From Porphyridium purpureum (Eukaryota), in the NCBI GenBank assembly GCA_008690995.1, contig VRMN01000012.1:1-64000 (forward strand): a stretch of 64,000 nucleotides of DNA, read 5' to 3'. The translations under genes were made by a program, and so were the position numbers. Positions 20,625 through 30,385 of the stretch are shown piece after piece (positions within the stretch are counted from its first letter, which is position 1; every line of letters begins with the position of its first letter). The notes beneath the pieces were generated by a model that saw only the letters and a list, made by a program, of their open reading frames with translations, made no database searches and was not told where the DNA came from.

Positions 20625-22760
20625 ATGTGTGGTGTGATGGCGGCTCCTGGTACATGTGATGTGGACGGCCAAAGAGACGACTTCAAGGTGTATGGGGTCA
20701 GGAAAGTTGCAGAATGTGCCACACTGGCAGGAGCTTTGATACTTGGTGTCGTGGGTTGTGTTCTGGTGGTCGGTTTGGTCTGGTGGATGGTGGCCGCTGG
20801 GCGTCAGCGTCGACGTGCGTTGAAATTGGCACTGCAAGTGCCTTCTCTAAGACGGAAGCCTGTTGTAGGCGTGCGAGCGGCGAGTTCCCGGCGACGAACA
20901 GATGGTATCGATGATGCCTCCGGGACGCAGCCGATAGACGCATACGTGGACGGGATGCTGGACTTGGACGAGCAGCGCGCTTCTTTGGTGACCGGGTGCG
21001 AAATTGCATCTTTCAATGACTATTTGTATAGCTTGCATCTGAGCGGCGGCTCCCGGACAGCAGAGAGCATGGTACTTGCACTGGCGCAGTCTGTAGCGCC
21101 CACCATCGCACTGCCGCTCATGATGCTGCTTCCGCAGAAGTGGCGATCCATGCCGATCTTTGGCCGAGGAATCGAGTCGAAACTTTCGCTGCTTGGTGGC
21201 TACGAATCTGAAGCGGCTGGAGCCGGTGCTCCATCAAAGCTGTCCAAGCAGAGCGCTTGGTTCTCTCCGATCACAGCGGCATTTTTGACCGAGACTTTGA
21301 CGCAGGCAATGCGCAACTCGACTCCGCGTGCATCGTGGCGGCCTTTACTGAGCCTTGCACGAGGCGAACCGCCAGGCAAAAGCGCGCGCGCTGCTTTGAA
21401 AAGCACTAAATTGCCCAACCCTTTTGTGCTGCACAGCGATGTTGCACCGCTAGTTCAAGCCATGCTGGAAGAGGAGCCTGACGAGCCAAGCGGCCCAGAA
21501 GAGCACCGCGTGATGCGCACGCGCCCGCTAAACGCGAGTCTGCTTCCTGGTCTTGAGTTAGGCTACGGTGGGCTCCGAGCTGAGCACAGCCGTCGTCAAG
21601 AGTGCTTGAATCGAGTCCTCGCCATCCTGCTCAACCGCCTGGCCGTGAATGGTGTGCGCGGCGCTTCGCACGTCTCCCTTTTGCACGAGCACAAGATCGA
21701 CCTTGCTGCTCTAAAAGCAGACGCAGAGTTAGCACGCGAGTGGAACCAACTCATTGACTTTGACTCGCCGTTCGGTGTACAAGTTGGCGATTCGGCATCG
21801 GACATCGTATATACCCCACACGAACTGGTGCAGTATCTGCTTATGGGCCAGACACATGAGAGCAGCAGCATCACGCCGCACCGTATGCAGATCCAGAGCC
21901 AGCCCACATCGTTTGGAATCGGACTTTGCGTCAAAATGCCCGCTGGCCATGATGCCGCGACGTCCCAAGCGTCGCACTCGTACGTGCAGATTCCGCTGGC
22001 ATGTGCAATGAAGACTGGCGTGTGTCGGGTGGCCAGGAACACAGACGGAGATGGTGAGCAGGTCACAACCTTTCTAAATCATGCAGGAATCAGTTTACAT
22101 ATTCGGAGCGGCGTGCTGCCGGGCTATGTGCAGTACTATGAGGGCGTCGAGGGCTTCTGTGGCTGGCATCCAGAAAATAACCCTGTCAAGCCGTGGCAAA
22201 TTGGCGAGCGCATGGCTATCACGTTGCAGGTGGTATCAGAAGGGTCTGTGCCTGGGCGCCAGGATTTGCCTGCAGTCATGGACGTGCTCAAGTATTGTGC
22301 AGTCGCGAGCGTGGCGAGTTGCCTGAGCGCTGTTAAGCAGGGCCTCCCGATGGGCGGGTACGGAACCAACGGAGTGTGCATTGACTCTGTCGCCATCGTA
22401 CAAATTGCTCTGGGCACGCTGAAGAATGACGAACCTTCCAAAGGCGCACGAACAAATTTGTACCCAATTCTTCTCTCTGGTGCAGGCCGCCAGAACATGC
22501 ATGCATCTGCTCGCAGCCTGCTACTGGCCGCGCTAGACGATCACGCACGAACCCGAGGTTCCGAAAACGGATGCTTTTTCAAGCAGGATGCGCAAACAGT
22601 CATGGACGCGATCGAGGCCCTACCAAACGATATTGCGCCGAGCATTGGCGACGTGCCGGGAATCATGCGTCGCGTGCTAGACAACATTCCGCCGAATAGT
22701 CCGTTTGCCATGGTGGATGCCACCGCGGCAGATTGCCGCGCAGTGCTGGCAGCCCTATAA
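20625..22760 (+). CDS. Conserved-looking protein of unknown function with an N-terminal TM helix
   Basis: About 710-codon ORF with hydrophobic segment LAGALILGVVGCVLVVGLVWW. Globular C-half with QYYEGVEGFCGW and GGYGTNGVCIDSVA. Confidence 0.8.
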   Translation: MCGVMAAPGTCDVDGQRDDFKVYGVRKVAECATLAGALILGVVGCVLVVGLVWWMVAAGRQRRRALKLALQVPSLRRKPVVGVRAASSRRRTDGIDDASGTQPIDAYVDGMLDLDEQRASLVTGCEIASFNDYLYSLHLSGGSRTAESMVLALAQSVAPTIALPLMMLLPQKWRSMPIFGRGIESKLSLLGGYESEAAGAGAPSKLSKQSAWFSPITAAFLTETLTQAMRNSTPRASWRPLLSLARGEPPGKSARAALKSTKLPNPFVLHSDVAPLVQAMLEEEPDEPSGPEEHRVMRTRPLNASLLPGLELGYGGLRAEHSRRQECLNRVLAILLNRLAVNGVRGASHVSLLHEHKIDLAALKADAELAREWNQLIDFDSPFGVQVGDSASDIVYTPHELVQYLLMGQTHESSSITPHRMQIQSQPTSFGIGLCVKMPAGHDAATSQASHSYVQIPLACAMKTGVCRVARNTDGDGEQVTTFLNHAGISLHIRSGVLPGYVQYYEGVEGFCGWHPENNPVKPWQIGERMAITLQVVSEGSVPGRQDLPAVMDVLKYCAVASVASCLSAVKQGLPMGGYGTNGVCIDSVAIVQIALGTLKNDEPSKGARTNLYPILLSGAGRQNMHASARSLLLAALDDHARTRGSENGCFFKQDAQTVMDAIEALPNDIAPSIGDVPGIMRRVLDNIPPNSPFAMVDATAADCRAVLAAL

Positions 22761-23036
22761 ATGCTGCGGGGCGCTTTCTTCTGGCCAAGTCGTTTCTCAT
22801 CTACGTGTTTTGTATTAGCATAAATCAAAGAAAGAGAGAGAGAGAAAAATAGAAAGAGCAGAGAAGAGGAGGAAGATGAATTGCAGGGGCAGAAGCAAGC
22901 CCAAAGGATCAAAGCATCACCGAAAAGGACCAACACTTCGCGCCTCTGCCTCGTTGGCCGGCGCAAACGACACCCCAAGGAAGAGGCCACCATGATACAT
23001 TAACCGGCCCGCGCGCCCGCGCCATGCACGATGACA

Positions 23037-24197
23037 TTATTCCGTCTTCTTCTTGGGCTTCCAATTCTTGACCTGGGAGTAGAGTCCGACGCCAGCAATG
23101 GCAATCGCAGTCCCGAGTTTGTTTTGCATCGTCACCGGGTTATGGAACACTAGCACCGAAGAAACGATGACGGCGACGCGCTTCATGGTATTTCCCACGG
23201 CATGTGAGACCGCGGATGTGCGCTGCAGTACCACGTACGAGAACTGATTGTACAAGAAATGCAGGAAGCCACACATGCACAACAATCCAAGGAGCTGCGG
23301 GGCGCCGCCGCCCGCGGCTGCCGCGGCAGATGAGAATGCACTTTGCCACTTGAGGCCGTCCACGATCGCGGCGACGGGGAACAGCGTCGCAAACGACAAG
23401 ATTGAGATCCAACCAAACAAATTCAGGTCGTCGAGAGCGACGGACGACATGAATTTCTTGGACAGCACGTTGCGCGATTGGAAGCTCACGTTGGATGCCA
23501 TCGCGGTCCAGAAACCGACCCAGTTGAAACTGACTTCATTCACGCTGGCCAGCGTGACGCCTGCGATGATAGGCAACAGGCTCGTGTACACGGCCGGGTG
23601 GTACGACGTGCCGCGCACAAAGATCTTTCCGAGCACCACGGAAAAGAGTGGCTCGGATGCCTTGATGGTATGAGTAAAAGACACAGCCATTTGTCGCAGC
23701 GATAGGTTGGTGAACATGTTCCCGAGCAGGTGCGCAACGGCGAGCGGGTAGATTGCCTTGATCTCGTCCATGGTGGGCTTCTGGAATGCGTGCAGCCGCG
23801 ACACCCACATGAAGGACGCCACCGAAGCGCCCATCAAAAACTGGAACAAGGTCACTGTTGTGAAGAGCGGAAACATCTTGAGCAGCTTCTTGTTGTAAAT
23901 GTTAAACAAGATATTCGCGGCGTACCAGCACAAAATATACACGCCCAGCATCACTTTCTTCATGAGCTTTGGGGCCACCGTGGACGCATCTGCTGCATCG
24001 ACATTGTTCGCGCCCGCGGAATCACTGGGCTCTGCCGCCGCCATCCTCACCACATGTGTGCCGCGCGAGCCACTTGTCACGGTCGAGCGATGAGACCGCG
24101 CGGCCGCTACCACGGCCATCGAACGGCGCGCATCGCACCGTCCACGGGTCACGCCGCGCACCGACGGCAGCGCCGCAAGTCCACCGACAAATGCCAT
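23037..24197 (-). CDS. Plastid phosphate translocator (TPT/PPT/GPT family)
   Basis: MAF transit peptide; WY..NI.FNIYNK, VSFTHTIKASEP and HAVGNTMKRVAVI motifs; multiple TM helices. Confidence 0.95.
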   Translation of the reverse strand: MAFVGGLAALPSVRGVTRGRCDARRSMAVVAAARSHRSTVTSGSRGTHVVRMAAAEPSDSAGANNVDAADASTVAPKLMKKVMLGVYILCWYAANILFNIYNKKLLKMFPLFTTVTLFQFLMGASVASFMWVSRLHAFQKPTMDEIKAIYPLAVAHLLGNMFTNLSLRQMAVSFTHTIKASEPLFSVVLGKIFVRGTSYHPAVYTSLLPIIAGVTLASVNEVSFNWVGFWTAMASNVSFQSRNVLSKKFMSSVALDDLNLFGWISILSFATLFPVAAIVDGLKWQSAFSSAAAAAGGGAPQLLGLLCMCGFLHFLYNQFSYVVLQRTSAVSHAVGNTMKRVAVIVSSVLVFHNPVTMQNKLGTAIAIAGVGLYSQVKNWKPKKKTE

Positions 24198-24471
24198 CCT
24201 CTAACCGCGCCTCCAAGCCGCACACACGCACCGCCACGCCTCGCTCAAGCCCATCCCCAACACTCACGCATCGAACGCGCCCTCCGCGCACCGGCACGCG
24301 CGCTCGGCCGGCCGGCGAGAGCTCGGAAAATGAAAAAATGGAAAATAGAATTAAACATAAATTAAATATTGTAATTAAACAATGCAGTTCTGAGTAAACG
24401 ACTGTGTTTGATCATCGCACGGTGTTAAAATTACATCAGGAATTTCCTAAACCGGAAACCGGAAACCGAAA

Positions 24472-24574
24472 GCCGATACGCCGATACGCCGATACGCCGA
24501 TACGCCGATACGCCGATACGCCGATACGCCGATACGCCGATACGCCGATACGCCGATACGCCGATACGCCGATA
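24472..24574. repeat. Tandem 8-mer (GCCGATAC)x12 plus a partial unit, preceded by 2-3 AAACCGG units
   Basis: Directly visible perfect array. Confidence 0.97.
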
Positions 24575-24590
24575 AGAGCTGAATCAAGAA

Positions 24591-25265
24591 TCAACAGGCG
24601 GCGAGGGAAAGGCGGTAGGTGAGACGCGTGGGTAGGTCGACGGAATTTGAGACGGCGCAGAACCCAGAGAGGCTTGGACTTATTGAAGAGACGCCGCCGT
24701 CTACAGCCAGGGTGGTGTTGATCTGTCCCTGGAAACGCACACCAAAGCCAGTGAGGCTGAGCGTGGAGCCGGACAGTGAGTGCGCGCGGGGAGTTTCCTC
24801 GAAGTGCACAAGCTGCGCAGGCCAGGTAAGCCCGAATCCAGAGTTGACGGCGGCGCCTGTGGCAGTCAGAACCTCGACCGACGCGCCAATCGCCGAGCCG
24901 TCCTCCACGGAGCGCGCGACACACGCGACCGTGCGCTGCGCGTTCTCGCGACCGGTCTGCGGCAGCACAAGCAAGGTCGTACAGTCTGCCTGCGAGTCCG
25001 TATACCACGAGAACTCCACGTTCTCACACCGCAGCCCGGCGCCGCCAAACGCCCACCCAATGGCGGCGCCCAGCGCGGTAAACACCGTGAGCCACACCAA
25101 CAGCGCCACCAACGCTGCAATCAGCGCCCGCCGCTTCCACCGGACCTTCCTGGCCTCGCGCGCAGTCTCTTCGAGCTGTCGAGCTATCACATTCGGAGGC
25201 GCCGAGGGATCACAGAATAACACATACGTATCATACTCCTCCATCGCTCTTCCATGTCCCACCAT
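24591..25265 (-). CDS. Single-pass membrane protein with a beta-rich C-terminal domain
   Basis: ATG-initiated 224-aa ORF. Basic patch followed by ALIAALVALLVWLTVFTALGAAIGWAF. LAVDGG near the C-terminus is weakly dirigent/AOC-like. Confidence 0.65.
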   Translation of the reverse strand: MVGHGRAMEEYDTYVLFCDPSAPPNVIARQLEETAREARKVRWKRRALIAALVALLVWLTVFTALGAAIGWAFGGAGLRCENVEFSWYTDSQADCTTLLVLPQTGRENAQRTVACVARSVEDGSAIGASVEVLTATGAAVNSGFGLTWPAQLVHFEETPRAHSLSGSTLSLTGFGVRFQGQINTTLAVDGGVSSISPSLSGFCAVSNSVDLPTRLTYRLSLAAC

Positions 25266-26683
25266 CTTCCTCCTCCTTGCCCTTCACACCTCTCTCCCAA
25301 CCCGAAAAAAACAAAAAAATCCTCCCGCACTTACGGACGCACATCCAAGTACAGCGCACTGTACTCCATGAAACCCTAATTGAGCCGCTCTATTAAAAGT
25401 GCCTTGCTCTATATGAACGCGGCGCCATGATCGAATAAGGATAAAGAAAGGGAGTTGGGAAGCACGCTTCTTATCGGTTTAACGGTTAACCGTCCGACTG
25501 TGAATTGTGGCGATCAAGCTGTACGTGCTGTACCGCTGTCCCAGGGAGGTAACGTTGCGTGCTCGCGTGTAGGACAGCGGTGTGCGGATACGCACGATGC
25601 ATCTCCTGCTGCCTGCAGCCGCGCTGGATGGAGCTGGTGGCGAGGATGATGATGGATATGCGCTGCGGCAGCGCGACGCGGCCTCCGAGGCGAGCGGGCT
25701 CCACAGGTGCAGGAGGCGAAGCGTGAATGATCAGCGCCATGCGCCCAGAACCATGGGTGTGGTGCGCTAGGGAATGAGCGCAGTTGTGGAGATGGAGCCC
25801 GCACATGAGCGCACGTGCAGTGAGAGAGGGTTGGCTCTTCCAGCAATCAGCTTGGCCACTTGGAGAAAGGGTTGAAAATCAAGGCTGAGGACAAGATTTT
25901 GTCTGACTGGCACAAGCGCAAGAATGAGCGATGCGACCAAGCTGAGGTGCAGACTAGATCAATCGGGGGAGCCTGATTCTCCTAACATGCTCGCAGCAGA
26001 CCGCCCCAAGCGCCGCGTGGAGGAACGCAATACCGACACGGGGCAACTAAACGCATTTCATCGCGGTGCGCGCGGCCACCAATGTAGATCTGAACCCTGG
26101 TCAGGGCGGCGAGCGCGGTGGTAGGAGCGCCAGATACATCCCGGCGTGGTAGCGCATCAGAGAGGTGGGTGGTGCGGGGTGTAGCCAGCGCAATGAGCGA
26201 AGGGGACGACTCCGCTGCAGTCTGTGCAAGCCACTTGCCACCCAGGACGACCGGAGCTGATTTGCCACAGCTCTTCTCGCCTTCTGGCCGCTGCTGGCGC
26301 GTCTTTCTCAGTCGTGACCGTGGAACGAGCAAGAGCAGGGGCATTGAGAGCATTGCGTGTAGTCTAGTCCGCCAAGATACAGTGTCCGTCTACAGACTCG
26401 ACCGGGAAGGCTATGATCATCATTTCGTGGAGATCCAATGGGCCACAAACACCCGTGGCAGGCGCCGTGCTTTTTATTGGTACTGGAATGAAAAAGCGGG
26501 AAAGACAAGATTAACTCTCCCAGCTTTCCACCTTTCCATTACAACCATTTTACTCGCGCTCAGCTCTCAACCATGCCAGCTCCACGATTCTCTGGCTACA
26601 GGGGCAGGACGCGTTCGACAATCCCTCCCTCTCTCGGACAATGTCACATAAAACTAAGCTCCGCACGATGATTCTTCCCTTGA

Positions 26684-27025
26684 TCAGATGCACTCACAGG
26701 CCGGCACACAGGAACATTCACCACCCATCTTGCACCCGCACGAGCCACGCACGACGGGCGGGCCCCCGTCGCACTTTGCGTGCGACTGCAGCCACTGCTC
26801 TTTCAACTCACGAGACACGTCCGTGCCACACTCGCACGCGGGCCCGCAGCGACAGTCACTCTGGCCGTAAGGCGAGCACGCCACGGCGCCGCGCATGTCC
26901 TCTGCAGCCACGCTTCCCTTCTCGCCCAGGCACGCGCACGCGCCGTCACCGTCACCGTCGCGGCAGCTGCACACGCAGCCGGATCCACAGCCGCTGTCAT
27001 GAGGCACTTCGACTACTTGCCACAT
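26684..27025 (-). CDS. Metallothionein-like Cys-rich peptide (113 aa)
   Basis: 18 Cys, mostly in CxC clusters (CGSGCVCSC, CRCGPACEC, CGC...CSCVPACEC). ATG start. Purine-rich leader like those of neighbouring genes. Confidence 0.7.
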   Translation of the reverse strand: MWQVVEVPHDSGCGSGCVCSCRDGDGDGACACLGEKGSVAAEDMRGAVACSPYGQSDCRCGPACECGTDVSRELKEQWLQSHAKCDGGPPVVRGSCGCKMGGECSCVPACECI

Positions 27026-27559
27026 CCAACAAAGCTACCCTCCATGCTTCCCGATCCTCCCCAATCTTCCCGATCCTCCCCAATCTTCCTCCTCTTCTTC
27101 TCCATTCAACTATCGCCTCGCCGTCAGGAAACGCATTCGTCCCGCTTTCAGTACCCGCACTGCCGCTCAGGGGGGTTAGGATGGTGCGATCGGCACGTCT
27201 CAGGGACTGTCAACTTTTAAAGCACACGACTTGGTTCTCGGCACATTTCTCGACGATTTCCGATAAAAGCCGTAATGCATGCGATACATCGCGAAGGCCT
27301 TCTTCCTCGCGCGCCGCGGCGGCTCATGGTGTAGCTCGGTCACTTGCAAGTCTCAGTAAGACCTTGCTTCCTTCGGGAAAGGCGCCGCTCTTCTCTGTAC
27401 ACGCGTCTTGTGAGAACACGTGCCGCGCCATGGACTCCTTCGAGCAGTCCCGCGCGCGTTTTGGGATCAGAGTTCATGAGCCGATAGTACTGTTATTGGC
27501 TTCAGCCACGCCCCATGCGCATTTCGTTCGGGGTATTGTTGTGTAGGATGAGGAATCGG

Positions 27560-28300
27560 GCTTTCAGAAATCACATTCGATATCAACTCACCTGCCGCCC
27601 GCAACCGCTTAATCGCCAGGATGAAACAGGCTTGTTTGTCGGATGACATTGGCGATCGACACGCATAGTGGCCCCTTGACCCCGTCCACCCCGATGCCCT
27701 CCAACTGACGCCGTCAAAGGACCTCGACAAGACGCACGTTTGGTAAAGTCATCCACGTTCATTGGACCTTCAAATTTAGGTGTGCAGTGGTACCAACAAC
27801 ATCCGAAGAGAAAGGCATTCGACAACCGGTATCGCGATGGCCGCGGCTCGGCGAAGCACGAACGCATGCTGACCAGTCGCGCCTGGAGCAATGGACAGAC
27901 GGGTGCGAACAAGGGCCGTTGGGCTTCTGAGAAACGCGACGCATAGAGGACGAGTCCCAAAGAGCAGCATAGCCTGCCTGGCTCGAGAGCGTGTGTGGGA
28001 ACACACATGGCTTGTGTCGCGTCTCGCGGTGAACACGTTTTCAAGCCCGGAGCAATGAAGATCAGAACTGCCTGGAGATATGTCCCTGCGAGGCGCTTCA
28101 AGACAATAAAAAATGCAACTGCACTCAGGACATCTCGAACCCGCACGTCAAGATTATTCCTGTTGGAAAGAGTACGGACCCGGCCGAACCACAGCGCACA
28201 AGTGTACGTAAAGTATTCCATCCCTGAGGTGATTTTATGCATGCTGTCCAACACCCCGTGGTCTGTATTTTGTCCTTGATACCATGCAAATATCGGGCAC
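27560..28300 (-). mobile_element. Decayed non-LTR retrotransposon RT fragment
   Basis: LDVRVRDVLSAVAFFIVLKRL resembles GVRQGDPLSP.LF; YASRFSEAQRPLFAPVC resembles the F....GL.F...KC motif. Nucleotide homology to 56010-56186. Confidence 0.55.
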
Positions 28301-28380
28301 CGCCGAGGCCGCGCACACAATGTCTTGTTCTTCAGCATGACAAAGTCTCGGGATAAACCTGCGATTCCATGCCTGTGCCT

Positions 28381-29664
28381 TTATCTTCGAATGAGGCTCC
28401 AGATGAAACGGAACGGTAATGACACCACTCGTACAATTACGGCAATGATCACCGTAATGACCAGCGCAAAGACCTGGCCGACGACGACCAAGATCAAACG
28501 AGGCAGGGATGTCATCCGAACCTGAAAATTGTCCAGGCCCTCCCTGGGATCGGCATCCACGATGTACTCGTCTTTGGTTTCGGAGCGCACCACGCGCTGG
28601 TTACGCATATACAGAATCTCCCGACGCACAAGCCGCCGGCCGTCCGGCTGCATAAAGACGCGTATGCGCTCCTTATTTCCAGTGCTTTGATCTTCTGATG
28701 TGAAGACGAAATCACCCAGAAAGAACTCTTCAAAGTGTCGCTGCTGGTTCTTCATCACACCGCTCCATGTCCCTGCATTGTCCTCTTCGTCCGATTCCGC
28801 GCCTTCGCTACCTTGCGCGCCCATTTTTTTCCGCTTTGCGCGCTCTGCGCGCTCCTTCTTCACCCGGCGGTCGATTTCGTCAACCACCATATCTAGGTCA
28901 ATGGCCGGCCCAAAGTATTCGATGCACAGGTTGTTCAAGAGTCTGCGACCTTCGTCCGTTTTCATCATGTGTCGCAGGCTCTCTCCCAGCTCGCCGGCGT
29001 CGTCCCCCATGGCGTCAGACCAGAACGAGGATTTCTTTGCCCTATTATGCGCGTTCGAGTCCTCGCCAATGTACATGCGCAGCCGGTCGTACGCCTTTTT
29101 TGTGTCTGGATCTGACAGCACCGTGTATGCGCGCGTGATCCGCTTGAATTTCTCCTCTATTTCGGTGTGCTCCTTGCTCGCCTGGCCCTGCGGCCGGCGG
29201 TCTGGATGGTACTTGAGCGCGAGCATGCGATACTGTTTCTTGATCTCGGCATCTGATGCGCCAAACGGCAAATCCAGCTCGGTGTAGAAGTCTGTCTGCA
29301 CGTCATCCACGCTGAGCTTTTCTGAAGCCGCGAACGAAAAGGCTCGCCGCTGCGGCCATTCTGCCAAGCGCCATCCGACCTGCGTCCAAGCCCTCGTCGC
29401 CCGGTGTGCTGTACTGGTCTCGGTGGCACGCAGCGGATGCGTCCACAGCCGCGTTGAGCCACACGCCCAATTTCGGCTCCAAATCTGTCCAAACACCGCC
29501 GCGCATTTATTCCCATTCGTGCACGTCCGCGTCTGCACTTTCCTTGCCTCCCACTCTGTTCCGAGTCGCGCGTTCAGGCCAGCGCGGCTGCGGAACGCCG
29601 CGCCGCCATTGTCGCCGACAATGCGAGAGTATCTCCGTGAGCGCAGCCGCCAAAGCCACCGCAT
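28381..29664 (-). CDS. DnaJ-domain protein with an organelle-targeting-like N-terminus and a C-terminal TM
   Basis: DFYTEL...EIKKQYRMLALKYHPD...FKRITRAYTVLSDP; hydrophobic C-terminus. Start ATG inferred. Confidence 0.92.
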   Translation of the reverse strand: MRWLWRLRSRRYSRIVGDNGGAAFRSRAGLNARLGTEWEARKVQTRTCTNGNKCAAVFGQIWSRNWACGSTRLWTHPLRATETSTAHRATRAWTQVGWRLAEWPQRRAFSFAASEKLSVDDVQTDFYTELDLPFGASDAEIKKQYRMLALKYHPDRRPQGQASKEHTEIEEKFKRITRAYTVLSDPDTKKAYDRLRMYIGEDSNAHNRAKKSSFWSDAMGDDAGELGESLRHMMKTDEGRRLLNNLCIEYFGPAIDLDMVVDEIDRRVKKERAERAKRKKMGAQGSEGAESDEEDNAGTWSGVMKNQQRHFEEFFLGDFVFTSEDQSTGNKERIRVFMQPDGRRLVRREILYMRNQRVVRSETKDEYIVDADPREGLDNFQVRMTSLPRLILVVVGQVFALVITVIIAVIVRVVSLPFRFIWSLIRR

Positions 29665-30385
29665 GAGCGGCCTTATCTCAGACCCGCACGGCGGCTGCAT
29701 GAACCCCCAAGGCACCTGGCAGCACCGAGTGCCACGCACGCCGCTGCACGACGCGCAGATCACTCCGGGCTGTGCGTCCAGCCGCGCAAAAGGCAGACTG
29801 CTTGTTCAGGCGCCGCGCGCACGACCCACCGCGTCCGGATGCCTGGAGTGAGCGCGCCTGTGACAGCGAGGCCGACGCCGCGCTGCGCACCGCAAATCGA
29901 TGCCGCGGCGCGCCCCCCGGCCGAGGCGGCCGCTAGGGTTTCTGCGGCGCGGAACCCTAGGTACACCTTGCGTACAGTGACTGGACAGAACCGCGTGTAC
30001 AGTGCGGCTGCGCGGACGACTCGACGAGCGGCGTGTGCGACTGGCAGATGCGTCTCTTTACAGAAAGTGCGCGCTACAGCATGTCGATCCATGCCGGCCG
30101 AAATGCGGCGATCAGACGGACGAGCGCAAGGCGACAGAGAGAAGGGTGGCTAGAAAGAGCCAAAAGAAAAATAAAAAAATGGAATTGTTAACATGAAGGT
30201 ATGAGTCCGTGAGGCACGCAAGGTACGTCACACACATACACACATGAACACAAGCATACATGACGCGCTGGCCATGTCCTCAAGAGCCTAGCACGAGACA
30301 CAAGTACACGGTGGGAACGCGACGAGCCAGTCGAGCTTGCTTCATATCGCATCGCTCTCCACAATAAGAGACCACCCCTGCATGC

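Noticed and set aside
25455..26651. Several overlapping 60-180 aa ORFs between the membrane protein and the metallothionein-like gene
   Set aside because: No consistent frame or motif; they may be decayed sequence but cannot be assigned.
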